Assembly: GCF_009914755.1 (NCBI RefSeq)
Contig: NC_060934.1
DNA length: 64,000 nucleotides
Source: the human T2T-CHM13v2.0 reference genome, Homo sapiens
Reading direction: 5' to 3' (one strand)
Shown: positions 12,510 to 30,830 of the stretch, one piece after another
How positions within the stretch are numbered: position 1 is the first letter of the stretch
How the letters are laid out: each line of letters opens with the position of its first letter
Made by a program: the position numbers and the translations under genes
The notes under the pieces: model-generated
Database searches by the model: none
The model's input: only the letters and a program-made list of their open reading frames with translations
What the model was told of the DNA's origin: nothing

Positions 12510-14723
12510 CCACTTTTGGAAAGGTTATGTGAGAAGATCTGTAGACCTGCTCCCTAGTGAAACAAACATATCTTGTGAGTATTATTAAAAAGCAACAATA
12601 ACAATTTAAATTTTCTGGAAATTATCCTATGGGCATACCATGAAGAAACATTTACTCAAGAAATCTACTAAACCTTAGAAAGAATGGTGAATTTGTGGCA
12701 CTTGGTCTGTGACCTGGTCCCTCCCTCCACCTTCCCTAATGCAGCATGGTGCACCACTCTAGATGGGGATAGCCAAAAAGGCAATGGTCCCTCTATCTTC
12801 AATTCTCAGTCAAAGGATGTGGCCTTTCACTGGGACGGACATGTCCCCCATATTTCACATAACTTCTCAGCTGCAAATTGCCGAGACTAGATTCCTGGAA
12901 AGTGTGGCTGAGAGGTCAGGGAATCCCTTCCTGTACTCAGTCCCTAGTCACAGCATGGAGGTTCTACCTTAGGTACAACAGGCCTAGAATGCTGAGCCTT
13001 TATTGGTCTTACTCCAGCTTGCTTGTAAAGTGGAGATTCTATGCTGAGGAAGGCAAGCCAAGAACATTAGAAGCCACTGACCCTGCACAATTCTCTACTT
13101 ATAAAGCTGAAGTGTTGTTTTGAGAGAAGCAGACATTTTATTCTTGTCCACAGGTTTGGAGCTGTGTCTTGGAAATTTTGCAAGGAGAGAAGCTGTGTGT
13201 AAGAAAGAGCTCCAAAACTTTCTCTGAATGAACTGATTTCATTTGAAAAAGAGGGTGGAGTAGTTGAAACTAAAGCCACTCTTGAAAATAATGGGGATTT
13301 TGGTGATAAATGATGAAAGGTAGGCTGATAGAAGAAAGCATCAGCAAAAGTGAAGACAGACTAGTAGAGATTATACAATCTGAGAAGAGAAAGGAAAGAG
13401 AATGTAGGAAAATGAACAGAGCCTCAGAGAAACATGGGCTACCATTAAGTACACTAACATATGCATTACGAGAATGACTGAAGGAGAGGAGAGAGAAGAA
13501 ACAGAAAATAAGTAATAGTTGAAAACTTTTCAATTTTGATAAGAACACTAATTTAAAATCTCAATGAAATCCAAGTAGGATAAATACAAACAGACCCACA
13601 CCAAGACACATCATAGTAAAAATATTGAAAGACAAAGAGAAAAATCTTCAAAAAATTCACAGAAAAAAAGAAAAAAAGAAGAAACACTTTCAGAATAATT
13701 ATATGAGGTCATATTATTCTCATACCAAAAGTAGGAAAAAACATGAAATAAGAAGAAAATTGAAGTCTAATATTTTTTATGTATATAAATGCAAAATCTG
13801 TAATAAAATACTAGTAAACCATATGTAGCAACATATAAAAAGGATGATAGACTATGATCTAGTTGGATTTATCCCAGGAATGTATGGCTTCTTTAATATA
13901 TAAAAACAAATTAATGTACTACATCCCTGACAGAATAAATGACAAAACCCAAACGATCATTTCAATACATATAGAAAAATCATTTTATAAAATTTAACAC
14001 TCCTTCCCGATAAATAACTCAACAAGCCAGGCATAGAAGAGCTCTTCTATAACCCGATAAAAGACTTCCATGAAAAGTACCCAGCTAAGATCAGACTTAA
14101 TGGCAAAAGACTGAATGCTCTTCCCCTAAGGTCAGGGAAAAAACAAGAATGACTTCTCTCTACACTTCTATTCAACTTTGTACTGTGGGTTCTATACAGA
14201 TAAATTAGGTAATATATGTAAATAAGTAGCATCAGATCAGAAAAAACAACTGTCTCAATTTGCAGATAATATCATCTTGTATATAGAAAATCCTAACGAA
14301 TACACTAAAAATTATTAGAACTAGTAAACAAGTTCAGTAAGGTTAGAGGATACAAGGTCAATATAAAGAAATCAATTGTTTTTCTATACACTTGCAATGA
14401 ACAATCCAAAATTGAAATTAAGAAAGCAACTACATTTATAATAACATGAAAAAGAATAAATAGTAATACATACAACATAAAAAGCAAAAAATTATACTCT
14501 AAACCTACAAACACTGATAAAAAATTAAGGTACATGAAAAGTAAGTACATGAAGACAGTTGATGTTTATTGACCAGGAGACCTGATATTTTTAGGATATA
14601 AACACTTTCCAAATTGATTTAAAAATTCAATGCAATCTCTTTCAGAATCCCAGCTGTCTTTTTAGTAGACATTAATATAATAATTTCAAAATCTATAAGC
14701 AAATTCAATGGTCCTACAAGAGG
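12510..14723 (+). mobile_element. L1M (L1MD/L1M4-type) with 5' UTR, ORF1 remnant and ORF2 RT remnant
   Basis: 5' UTR motifs (ctggaaattatcctatgggcatac..tgaagaaacatttactcaagaaatctactaaa), ORF1 remnant about 13330-13640, RT remnant about 13690-14720. Confidence 0.75.
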
Positions 14724-19254
<4,531 letters not shown>

Positions 19255-19344
19255 GTTATGTTTACACTATACTGTAGTCTATTAAATGTGCAATAGCATT
19301 ATGTCCAAAGAAATGCACAGATCTTAATTAAATACTTCATTGCT

Positions 19345-19345
<1 letters not shown>
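19255..19345 (-). mobile_element. Tigger1 fragment (about 90 bp)
   Basis: gttatgtttacactatactgtagtctattaaatgtgcaatagcattatgtc...cttaatt..aatacttcattgctaa matches recalled Tigger1 subterminal sequence. Confidence 0.8.
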
Positions 19346-19376
<31 letters not shown>

Positions 19377-19380
19377 AAAC
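19345..19380 (+). repeat. (AAC)n microsatellite
   Basis: About 10 AAC units followed by aaaaac. Confidence 0.95.
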
Positions 19381-20679
19381 CTATAGATGAAGATGGCTTT
19401 ACTGGTCAATTTTACCAACCATATTAAGGGGAAAATAGTATGAATTGGACACTAATGCTTTCAGAACATGGAGGAGAAACAAACATTTCCAAACACATTT
19501 TCTGAGACCACATTCATCCTGATAGCAAACCAGATAAATACGTTATAAGGAATAAAAATTACCAACCATTTCCCTCATGAATAGACAAAAAAATCTTTAT
19601 GATAGTATTAGAAAATCAAATCCAAATTGTGTAAAAATGATAGTATATTACAGCTGATTGACATTTATATCAAGACTGCAAGATTGGCAAGATTGATTTA
19701 ACTTCTGAGCAACAATCAATTTTATTCATCATGTTAACAAAATGAAAAGAAACCCCATGTGATTATCTCAATACATGCTGAAATAGCATTTGACAAGAGT
19801 CAACATACATTCATTATAAAAAAACGGAACAAACAAGGAATAGAAAAGAACTTCCTCAATCTGATAAAGGAGATTTATGAAAAACCACAGTGAAAATTAT
19901 ACTTACAGATGAAAGAATAAACATCATCTGGTTAAGATGGGAATAATATAGGCCTATATATTCTCAGCAATTCTATTCAATATTGTACTAGAGGTCCTAG
20001 TCAGTTTCATGATGGAAAAAGATTAAATTAAAGGCATAAAGACAAGAGAGGAAGAAATATAACTATCTTAATTTGCAGATTATATGTCAGTAAGTTTTTA
20101 AAAAATCTACTAGACTAAGAAGTGAATTGTAGCAAGGTCATATGATACAAGTTTCATAATCTTGAATTAATTATATGCGTATATACTAGCAATAAGCAAT
20201 TGAAAATAAAATTACAAAAGCAATAATATTTATAATAACATCAAAATTTGAACCACTTAGATATAAACAGAGCAAATAGGTAAACTATTGCATGGCCAGA
20301 AGACCAAAAATTACTAACAACTAAAACTAATATTTCTACAAGAAATGTTAAAAGACCTAACTAAATGGAGATGTATGCTATAGTTATGGACTGAAGACTT
20401 AATCCTATTAAAATGTCAGTTCTGTCCAAATGTATCTATGTATTCAATACAAACCCTGTCAAAATCCGAGTAGTAGTTCTAAAAATAGATACAATCTGAT
20501 ATTAAGATTTTTCAGTGTAAAGCATTTAAAATATTCAAAATAATTTTGAAAAGAGCAAGTTGGAAAAACATAACACCTAATATCAATATTACTACAAATG
20601 TAGAGTTCATATGACAATATCATATTTCCATTAAAAATAGATATAGAAATAAAAGGAATAGAACAGTAAGATCAGAGGT

Positions 20680-20712
<33 letters not shown>

Positions 20713-21015
20713 TCAATTGATTTACAGTAAAAGTGTCAGGGTAATTAAATATGTGAAAGAATAACCTTTTCAAGAAATGAAGCTGGAACAACTGGTTATC
20801 CATTTAGAAAAAAAAAATAACCTTGACGCTTACATTATGTAAAAAAATTTACTCAAATGATCATATGACTAAACTGAAACCATACAATATTAAGCAATAA
20901 TAGGAGAAAATCTCCATGATCATTAAGGAATCACAATTTTCCTCGATAGGCCCTAAAAAGCAAGAACCACAAAAGAAAAAAAAAATTGATTAAGTGGACT
21001 TTGTAAGATTTAGCT
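19381..21015 (+). mobile_element. Old L1M ORF2 (right part of host element)
   Basis: Resumes at 'gatggctttactggtcaattttaccaa' (DGFTGEFYQ motif) and runs to the 'attgattaagtggactttg' region; highly degraded; contains (TG)n at 20682-20710. Confidence 0.8.
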
Positions 21016-21018
21016 TTT

Positions 21019-21330
<312 letters not shown>

Positions 21331-21340
21331 AATACTTAGC

Positions 21341-21650
<310 letters not shown>

Positions 21651-22079
21651 TTAAAAGTTAGCACAGACTATCTTTGCTGAAATGAGGGTGGTATTAATAG
21701 CTACTTTGAAGGGGTGTTGTAAATGTGAAGGGCGCACTGTAGAGGCTTCTACAGTGTTGTCCATGATTCCTGGGGCTGTATACCACGTTTCCATAAAGAC
21801 GCATACATTTTAGATTCAATTCCCCCTTCCTTAGCAATGCTTTTACTGTATTGATAGCTTTAAACATTACATACCTATTTTTTAATTGTATGTTTAGAAA
21901 GGCTGGGGGGTTTACAACTCACTAGTTTTCATAGTCCTGCTTATGAGAGCTGATTAGTCAAAGGTCGAGGCAAGAAACATTCTTCATAATCTTGTAAACA
22001 TGAGTATTACTTGTTATTCACATAATTACTGCCCTCGCCATCGCGATTATGTTCAAAACCCACAGAGCGCTGCAAGGTA

Positions 22080-22300
22080 TGTTAAACAGCTAATATACTT
22101 AGGCACCGTGCTAAGTGATTTATACCTATTGTCTCATGTTATCTTTATGGAAACCTTGTGAGGCAGGTCATATCCTAAATTTATAGATAAAGAAACTGTG
22201 GGTTAACTAGGGCCACTCACTTGTGACATGAGTCACCCTATATTTGATTCCACACCACCCTCATTCAATACCGTACAATTAGCTGGCTAAATGCACTCAC
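22080..22300 (-). mobile_element. MIR
   Basis: aggcaccgtgctaagtgatttatacctattgtctcat...aaccttgtgaggcagg...tttatagataaagaaactg. Confidence 0.7.
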
Positions 22301-22699
22301 CTTCATTCATAATCTAGATATGATCAAATAGATGTCCTGTGACAGAAGCAGTGGCAATGAACCAGGCCTATCTCATTCTTACTACGTTTCAAAGTTATAT
22401 AAAACACCTGATCCTTCTTGAAAAATCTTTGGCATGTGAAAATCCCTGAAATATCTTTGATCATAGAATCACAAAACTAGTTAGCTAGAGGCAAAGTGAA
22501 AATATTTCAATTCAACTCCTTCCTGTTTGAGATGCCTCGAAGTATCAGATGCCTTGCTCAAAGTACGTTGGAAGACTAGAGGCTTAGCTTGCCAAATTCC
22601 AAATTCTATCCTTTTGCAGTAATTCCAACTGTCTCCAATAATATGCTAGATACAAAATCTGGGGAGGATGAGAATGCACTGTGAATCAGAGGAAAACAG

Positions 22700-23100
22700 G
22701 CAATCCTGGAGCTTTCCTTACCACACACCGAGAAGGATGGTGAGGACGTAATAGGAGCCGGCAGCGAGTCTCCCGGAGCCGGTGGTGTGGAGGAGGTGGG
22801 TGAGCCAGAAGGCAAATATCATCAGCATCAGACGCGGGACAGACAGCTTATTGATTTTCTTTTTACTTTAGTCACGACGCAAGTCGGTAAATAGCAGATC
22901 ATGTCGTGGGAGCCAAGCTGGAACCTGGCAACATCAAGAAGAAGCTAAACATTGAAGGGAAGGCTTACTCTTGCCGCAAACGTCTCACATCCATCAGTCT
23001 CTCGTGTGCAGCTCTTTAGGTCATAATTAGGTAATTAATTATGGCATTCTGTCAAGTACTGCAAGGTGCCACAGTTTCCTCCCCAGCGTCCTATAGTTCT
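22700..23100. promoter_or_regulatory. CpG-rich unique core (candidate promoter/enhancer)
   Basis: About 16 CpGs in about 380 bp of non-repeat sequence against a CpG-depleted background; TAAT cluster at 23024-23041. Confidence 0.45.
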
Positions 23101-23851
23101 TTCTAATGTTCACATTTAGATGAGAGGAACAAGGAAGCTTGGTTGTTTCCTTCCTGGGAGGAGGCTGTTGCATGTACCTCCATTATCATGTGCTGGTAGA
23201 TGAGAGGTGTAAGACTGGGATGGGTGGAACCTCTGTTTATGGCCCAGCATCTGCTGAGAAAAACCTATTCGGCGTTAAGTTCAGAGGTCTTAACTTCCAG
23301 ACAGCCAGGACGCAACTAAATTACAAACTGTAACTGTCACCCAAACGTTTTTAGTGCCTCAACCCATCAGATGATGAAAGGGGTCATGGGCTGTGATCAC
23401 CAGGAAGATCTAAGGCTACCGTTATCAAATGGGTCAGGAAAGCTTATGTTTGGCCCCTAAACGATCTGCATGGGTGTCTCTTGGGCAGCATCGGTGGCAA
23501 ATGAACGAAAGCATCGACTTCATCCAGAGAAAGGCCTGCTAACTTAACTGGGAATGAGGGTCTGTGTCACGCCACCAGGAAGTTAACCTGTATCAGCAGA
23601 GGCCCTGGGATAGAGGGAATATAAAATCGATGGTAGAAAAAGAAAATAAGTTATCTGTCTAGGCCTAGAAACCAGCTGTGGTAGTGAGGGTTCTAATTAA
23701 TATTACACATCTTCTCCTTATACATTTCATCCAAGAAAAGAAAAAAAAGGAAAAAAAAAAAAAAAAAAAAGAAAAGGTAGCCTGCCAGAATCCTGAAAAA
23801 TCTCCTCCCAGAACTAATATAAGTAGATCAAAGCGCCCCCAAGAGGCAGAT

Positions 23852-24202
23852 TGTAGCAGACACAGTGTCCCATTGCCCACACCTAATCCCTTTAGGATTA
23901 GCACACCCATTGTCTCAGCTGCTGGTAGGTAGATAGCCAATAACTCAAAACCTCGTTGCCCTTCTTAGCATTCGCACTTGGGTGAAGAGAGCCATTTGTC
24001 CTAGATTAGGCAGGCCTCATCAGTGAGCGGGAGATAAGAGGGTAGAACGGCTTGGAGGATCAGCGGAGGACTTTGTTGTCACTGTACAGCAGCCAAATTG
24101 ATTCCTATGCCCATCCTGCTTCCTTTAATCCCCAAAGGTGTTGATTCCGACAGTAACCCTCTGTGTTCCTCCTGTATACATCCTAGGAAGCTAAACTGTG
24201 AC
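23852..24202 (+). mobile_element. ERVL LTR, LTR16E-like
   Basis: tgtagcagacacag...cagctgctgg...ggatcagcggagg...tgcccatcctgcttcc...aggtgttgattccga follows the recalled LTR16E layout. Confidence 0.7.
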
Positions 24203-24239
24203 CTTTTCTCTGTCCCGTGCCTTTCATGCTTTGCTGTAG

Positions 24240-25790
24240 TTTTGTACTTAACACCTGGGATAATTATTCGTCAGCTTTAGTATGTTTTGTAGGCAGATAT
24301 ATGGGCAATAGATTGTTCCCAATTAATTAATCTGAAAATGCCTATACGTTGCTGTAAATTGTGAGACACAGTCTCTCAGGGATAAAATTCTAGAACTGCA
24401 CTTTTTTTTTCTTCTTTTAGCACTTTAAACAGATCCTTTACTTTGCTTTTTGTTTTTAATTACTCACATGATTAAATCAGCCCGAAGGCTATTATTGTTT
24501 TCTTGAAGGTAATACATCCTCCACCCAACTCCCCCTACTTCTGAATGCTCTTATCATTTCGTTGCTTTTTTAATTGTTTACATGTGATTTGCTTAGGTAG
24601 AGCTTTCTTTGTAATTTTTCCTCCTTGGGATTCTTAAATATGATTGCATCTTGTCAGTTAAAAATGGTTAGTATTTCTTCAAATTTTTCCTTCTGAAATG
24701 TCTTACTTCGTGCCTTGTATATCTTTTAAACATATCTCATGAGTTTTTTATAATCTTCATTTTTCTATTTTCTATCATTTTTGGTCTCTGCCTCAAATTT
24801 AGATATTTTCTACAGGCTTTCTGCTATTTCAAATCTGACATTATATATACCCAATACTTAATTTTAGTGATTGAATTTTTCATTTCTAAAATTTTTGTTT
24901 TGACACATTTTCATGTATTAAGTCTTTGTTGAGAATTTCCCTCCCTTCCTCTATTTTTGAATATATGAATTATAATTATTTTAAAGTTCCTGTCTGGAAA
25001 GTCTAACTTTTTTTTGAATTTTCCTCTTTTTTTTTTTTACCCCATTTATTTGGTGGGTGGCACTTAGTCTTTGTTTTTTCCGTATATTACAATTTATTGA
25101 TTGAATGATGGACTTCTAAATGAAATGAAGTTGGGAATCTTGATGATGCTTTCTTTCTGCAAAGATGCTTAAATTTTGTCAGGCAAGTCATGTTGCAGCA
25201 AGTAAGCTTTATCCTCTCAAGAATGGTTCTAGGTTTTACTGATCTATTTCAGTTTTGTGTTTAATTCTAGATAATGGTCTTGACTCCTAAAGCTAAGACT
25301 TTTTGGGATATCGAAGAGATCCCAGGGTGTTTATTAAGGCCCTTCTTGGCAATATTTGAAATCCAATTTTCATCTCCTCAGCACTGAATGACTGCTGGTA
25401 TCTCTGCTCCTTAGATTATATTTTGTGCTGTGTTTCGTGGAGTTTTCCCAGTGCATGAAGAATATGGGGATACTCAATGAGAATAAAAATGAGAATATTT
25501 GTATGGAGATTTTGGGACTTCTTTCTATGTGATTCTCTCTCTTCCAAGACTTTGTCTCTCATAATTCTGCTGTCTGGTGGTTCTGGAATTTAATCTCTGA
25601 CACTTAAGATTCTTAAATCCACTGAAATTGGTATTTAGTACTTGGAGATATGTTCCCTGCACTGCACAGTGGAAAATGCCCTCAGAAAAAAAGTCAAAAG
25701 TAATGTGTTGCTCACCTGTGTATTTTCCTTGTCTCTCATATTATGGCCCCTCAGGTACTGTTTGAGTTGGTTGCTCTTCAATGCAAACAT
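24240..25790 (-). mobile_element. Old L1ME (ORF1/5' region), antisense
   Basis: T-rich degraded L1M text (tctgaaaatgcct..., ggataaaattctag..., tttcatttctaaaattt..., attattttaaagttcctgtctg). Confidence 0.6.
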
Positions 25791-25832
25791 ATAACCATAT
25801 GTATCACATATGTATGTATGTGTGTGTATGTG

Positions 25833-26165
25833 CAGTTGGCCCTCTGTATCTGTGGTTCCATATCCATGGATTCAACTTACTGTGGATTAAAAATATTTTA
25901 AAAATATTGCATCTGTACTGAACATGTACAGACTTTTTTCCCCTGTCATTTTCCCCCCAAAAACAAAGTATAACAACTGTTTATATAGCATTTACATTGT
26001 CTTGGTTTTATATGTAATCTAGAGACGATTTAAAGTGTGCAGGAAAATGTACAGAGGTTATATGCAGCCATACACCACTTTGTATCAGGGACGTGAGCCT
26101 CTGCAGATTCTGGTATCCTTAGGAGGTCCTGGAACCAGTCCTCCACAGATACCAAGGGAGGACTA
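25833..26165 (-). mobile_element. MER2 (TcMar-Tigger) MITE
   Basis: TIR-like ends cagttggccctctgtatc / gataccaagggaggacta; internal tctgtactgaacatgtacagac and gtaatctagagacgatttaaagt. Confidence 0.9.
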
Positions 26166-26411
26166 TATTGATAATTTTTTTTAGTGGGAGAGTTCATCTA
26201 ATCCAATTTATAAGCTGGATCTCTGCCTTTGCTGCTAACTTTATTTGTTTATCTTTTACTTCAATTTGGCTTACACTTCAGTATTCTAAAATTTTTGTTA
26301 TTCTCTGAACACTGTTTTCTCTTATACCTTTCTTTTTACATATGGTATTTTCTCTTTTTTCAATACTTTTCCTTACCTTATTGACTTTGTAGGGGTTTGC
26401 TTGTCCTTTAA

Positions 26412-26748
<337 letters not shown>

Positions 26749-26859
26749 ACCTGTTTCTTTTCTCCCACCAGGATGAATTGGTTGATTTTCCAATATGATA
26801 CCTACAATTTCGGTTGACTGCTTCCATAAATAGAGGATTTTCATCCTCTATTATAATCA

Positions 26860-27640
26860 GATGTTTATTTTTCTGTCTTCTTCTCTAGATTGTGAGTTGT
26901 TTTTTTAATTAAGAGTGACTCTTTTGTACGTTTCAGTATCTTCAGAGCCTACTAGTGCTTGACACATGACATGTGCTAGGTCGTTTTGTAGTTGGTTTAT
27001 CAATGAATATTTTTGCTTCTGTCACTATAGATTTTGTCTTCAAAGAGATTGCTTGAAAGAGGTGACCTTTGAGCCCTATTATTTATTGAAGAGAAGGGCT
27101 TGATGAGATGGAAAGTCTCTTCTGTCACTATCAGTCTGGGAATTTCCCAGTAGACAACAGGCAGTAATCCCAGGCTTTCATGTTGGTTGAATTATTTGGA
27201 CATATTAATTATAGTAAGATTACTTAATCCCAACACCACTTTCCCTCCTTAATTCACATTTCCTCCCTACCTCACCTGTACATCCTTATAAAATGCAACA
27301 CATTCATTCTACCTTGACTAATACTATTTAGCCTTACATATTTCTCCCTTTCCCCATACTTTGGGAAATTCAATGTATCCTTCAAGGGTCAGGCTATATT
27401 TCCTCCATTTCACGAAATTTTCCTAACCACTCCATGCCTCACTGTTTCCTTATGTCTCTGAATATATATCATTAGGCTTTCTGAGATTCATACTATTATT
27501 TGCCAATTTTTTTTCTGGGGATTTTATTTTGTCCCCATAATAGATGCTGCTTGAGGAGAGGTAGTAGGGATTTTATCTTCCTCTTATTTTTTCAACACTC
27601 AATATATCAGCACATTGGTGAGCTTACAAGGGAATCACAG
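26860..27640 (+). mobile_element. L2 3' relics (two fragments)
   Basis: ctagattgtgag...cttcagagcctactagtgcttgacacat; tatccttcaagggtcaggc...ttcctaaccactcc. Confidence 0.5.
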
Positions 27641-28424
27641 GAAATATTGCCCAATTAGATGTTTAGTCATATGTCTTTCCTGGCTGGAAATGTTGCAATT
27701 ATATTTTCTAATAAAATATTACCCCTACTTTAAGCAATATTATCGTAAGAGCTTAGTGACTTTGACCTTATCCAGTTTTCCATACCTTTACCACTATTTT
27801 GTTTACTTAGTATTCTTCCTTATATTGACTTTAAATTCTATTCTATCAACACTACTCACCTATGCACATTTAGCTTCATCCCAAATATAAAATCATTAGT
27901 TAAATGGCCGACTTAAGCTTTATTTCTTCCTGATATCTGCAAAACGTTATTTTAAATAATTTTTTTCTGTACCACCTAAATTCTCCTGCATGTCACTATG
28001 GCTATACTGAACATACGAGGATTAAGGCCGTCTGATCTTCTTTCTACTCTGTCTTCCTGAATTGCAGAAACACATTGTACTGCAATTAGATAACATTCCT
28101 GGTGTGAGGCAGCTTGGGTAATTAATCCAAGCTCCACTACTTACCTTTTGTTCCAACCTTGGCTTTTACCTGGTTGGATTAATTTTCATATTATTAGCTT
28201 TGAATACAGATTTGCTCTTTCTGTCTTAACTGTTCAGACTGAAAAGTTAGTTTAGTAGTCTGCCTGGCCTTTTAATTGGACTGCTCCTCATTTTGACCAT
28301 GCATCTCCATCTGCTTCAATTTAGCCCAGTTCTTGTGAATTGTAGTAATGGTTACAAGGTGAAATGGAATCAGACACATGTAGCTAAAGGAAGTCACTAA
28401 CGATGAAAGCTAGTCATGCACTCT

Positions 28425-28620
28425 AACTCTGCCAAGCAGTAGCGGAAAGCGTATTCACTTATGCATCAAACCCAGGTCTGTCTGCGAGTGATCCTCAGAA
28501 ATGCATTTCATTTCCTTAAAGCTCAATTTTCTCCTCTGAGAAAAATGTGTGAATATTAATATGTGCCTGCTGGGGTTTATGTGATGATTAAGTGAGAACA
28601 GAAATTAAATGTTCTTATTA
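28425..28620 (+). mobile_element. MIR
   Basis: ctcaattttctcctctgagaaaaatg...gggtttatgtgatgattaagtgaga. Confidence 0.55.
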
Positions 28621-29666
28621 TTCCTACCAAAAGAAATACTCAATAACTATATGGCATTATTATTATTATTATATTATTATACTTATTGCTATATCAGTAC
28701 CACTATTTACAATGGGCCCAAATAGCTGGACCAACTCCAGATATTTCATTTCTTGGCAACTTTTAGAGAATTCAGAGTGTTGCCTGCTGTCTCACTCTGG
28801 CCTGGCATCTGGGACTCCAGCTCTATTGGCTGCTTGTGGAGGCAGCTGTTTCCTACAAAGGCAAGTCTTTTCTCAGGGAACCATGAAAGCAGAGAAACAC
28901 AAAACAAAAACTGAAAGAAGTAATTCTGTTTGTTATTTTTTCTGAGATGAATATTTGCTAAGAATTAGAAGGCAGGACCCAAGAATATAGGAATTATTCA
29001 ATGGAAAAAGATATACAGTAGATTAGGAAAACACATATTAGTTTGGGCAGGTGACATGGCAGCACCCTTCCTGTCAGGGAGAAAAGAGAAATGAATGTTG
29101 AGTAGTTCACCTTCAAAGGGCAAGTGAGCAGAGGTCTGATTAATTTCTTTATTGAGGCACATTTTTCTCCGGAGAAAAATTCACCATATTCAGAGCATTA
29201 ATTCCACATCCACCAGTTTGCTACTTTTGCACTTGTCATCCATTAGGCCAGAGTTTGAAGTTTTTGATGGTTATTTATCATTGGCAAAAGGAACCCATCA
29301 GCTGCAGGAGAGAGTAAGCTTTTGCCCATGACAGTGGGGTGATAAACATTGCTTGGCCTTTTTGCTAATTTTAATCAACAGTAAGTAGTTGCTGCTTGCT
29401 GAAAGCACATGGAGGGGTATTTAAGTGCCCTGGTCCATGGTGGTGGAGGCTGAGTTGATAAGGAAGCCAGGGATCAGACAGCCCGGCAAAGTGACCATGG
29501 TGATGATCAGGTGCAGAGTGAATTGTCTTCATCCCAGTGACATAATCCAAGATAGTTTCCATGAGCATTTTCCTGTGCATGAAAATCAATTGCAAGTAGA
29601 AAAGAAGCTGTTGCTTCTGGAGATATTGATTAAAACATTGTATTTACATGTAGTTATTTGGCCAGA

Positions 29667-30012
29667 TATCTCAGTCCATTTGGGCTGATGTTACAAAATT
29701 CTATGAACAAAGTGGTTTATAAACAACGTAGGTTTATTTCTCACAGTTCTGGAGCGTGAAAAGCCTAAAATCAAAATGCTGGGAGGCTCAGTGCTGGTGA
29801 ACTTCCTGGTTCATAGGTGGTTGTCTTCTTGCTGTGTTCTCACATGGGAGAAGGAGAAGCAAGCTCCCTGGGGTCTCTTTTATGAGGGTATTAATCCCAT
29901 TCAAGAGGTCTCTGTCCTCATGACCTAATCACCCTCCAAATATTATTACCACATTGAGGATTAGGCTTTAACATATAAAATGAGGGAGGAACCATATCAA
30001 CAATCTGTAGCA
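29667..30012 (-). mobile_element. MaLR solo LTR (MSTD/MLT1A-like)
   Basis: tatctcagtccatttgggctg...tttatttctcacagttctgg...catgacctaatcacc...tagca; 5-bp TSD ccaga at 29662 and 30013. Confidence 0.88.
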
Positions 30013-30344
30013 CCAGACATTCATTGAGTACTGGGTTGAGAGGCACTAGGTATTTAGCAATGCGAGTCATCTGGGTTGTTCTTGAGGCTGAGATCTCAAA
30101 AACACTCAAAAAGTCAGAGGATATAAGAGAAAGAAGACAATCACATATATCTGTGCTTGAGTTCCAGCTCTACTTCTTATAGCCATGAAATACTGAGCAA
30201 ATGATTTCCCCTTGCTGAGCTTCAGGTAAAATGGACAAACTAAAGCTCAGAAATGAGAAGTAATTTTTTAAATCGAGTTAATAATAATACCTGCCTCAAG
30301 AAGCTGTTTTGAGGATCAAGCGAAAAGGTGTTTGTGAAAGAGCC

Positions 30345-30830
30345 TGTATTAGTTTATTATTATTTCTGTAAAAAGTTACCACAAACTTGGTGGCTTAAAA
30401 CAACACAAATTTATTATCTTACTGTGCTGCTGGATGGAAGGCCAATGCAGTACAAATTGGCTAAAGTCAAGCCGTTGGAAAAGCTGCATTCCTTCTGAAG
30501 GCTCCAAGAGACAACCTGCTTCTTTGCCCTTTCTAGTTCCTAGAGGCTATCTGCATACTTTGGGTCAAGGCCCTCTTCCTCCATCTTCAAGGCCAGGAAT
30601 TGTGGGTCAAATCCTTTTTCATCATGTCACTCTGAAAGCCTCTTCTGCTTCCTTCTTCCACATTTAAGAACTCTTGTGATTACATTGGGTCCACCTAGCT
30701 AATCCAGGATCCTCTCTCATTCTTAAGGTCCTTGACTTAATCTGATCTGTTGAGATCCGTTTGTCATGAAAGGGGGTTCAAGGATTAGAATGCAGTCATT
30801 TTTAGGGCAAACATTATTTTGTCTGCTACA
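30345..30830 (-). mobile_element. MLT1C-like solo LTR inserted in a MIR
   Basis: tgtattagttt...taccacaaacttggtggcttaaaacaacacaaatttatt...ctaca; 5-bp TSD gagcc at 30340 and 30831; MIR core upstream at about 30150-30340. Confidence 0.9.

Noticed and set aside
21735-21756. 9-bp perfect hairpin cactgtaga-ggct-tctacagtg
   Set aside because: Too short for a pre-miRNA and expected occasionally by chance in 64 kb
23733-23777. Orphan A-rich tract that could be a processed-pseudogene tail
   Set aside because: No upstream AATAAA at the right distance, no TSD and no recognisable parent transcript
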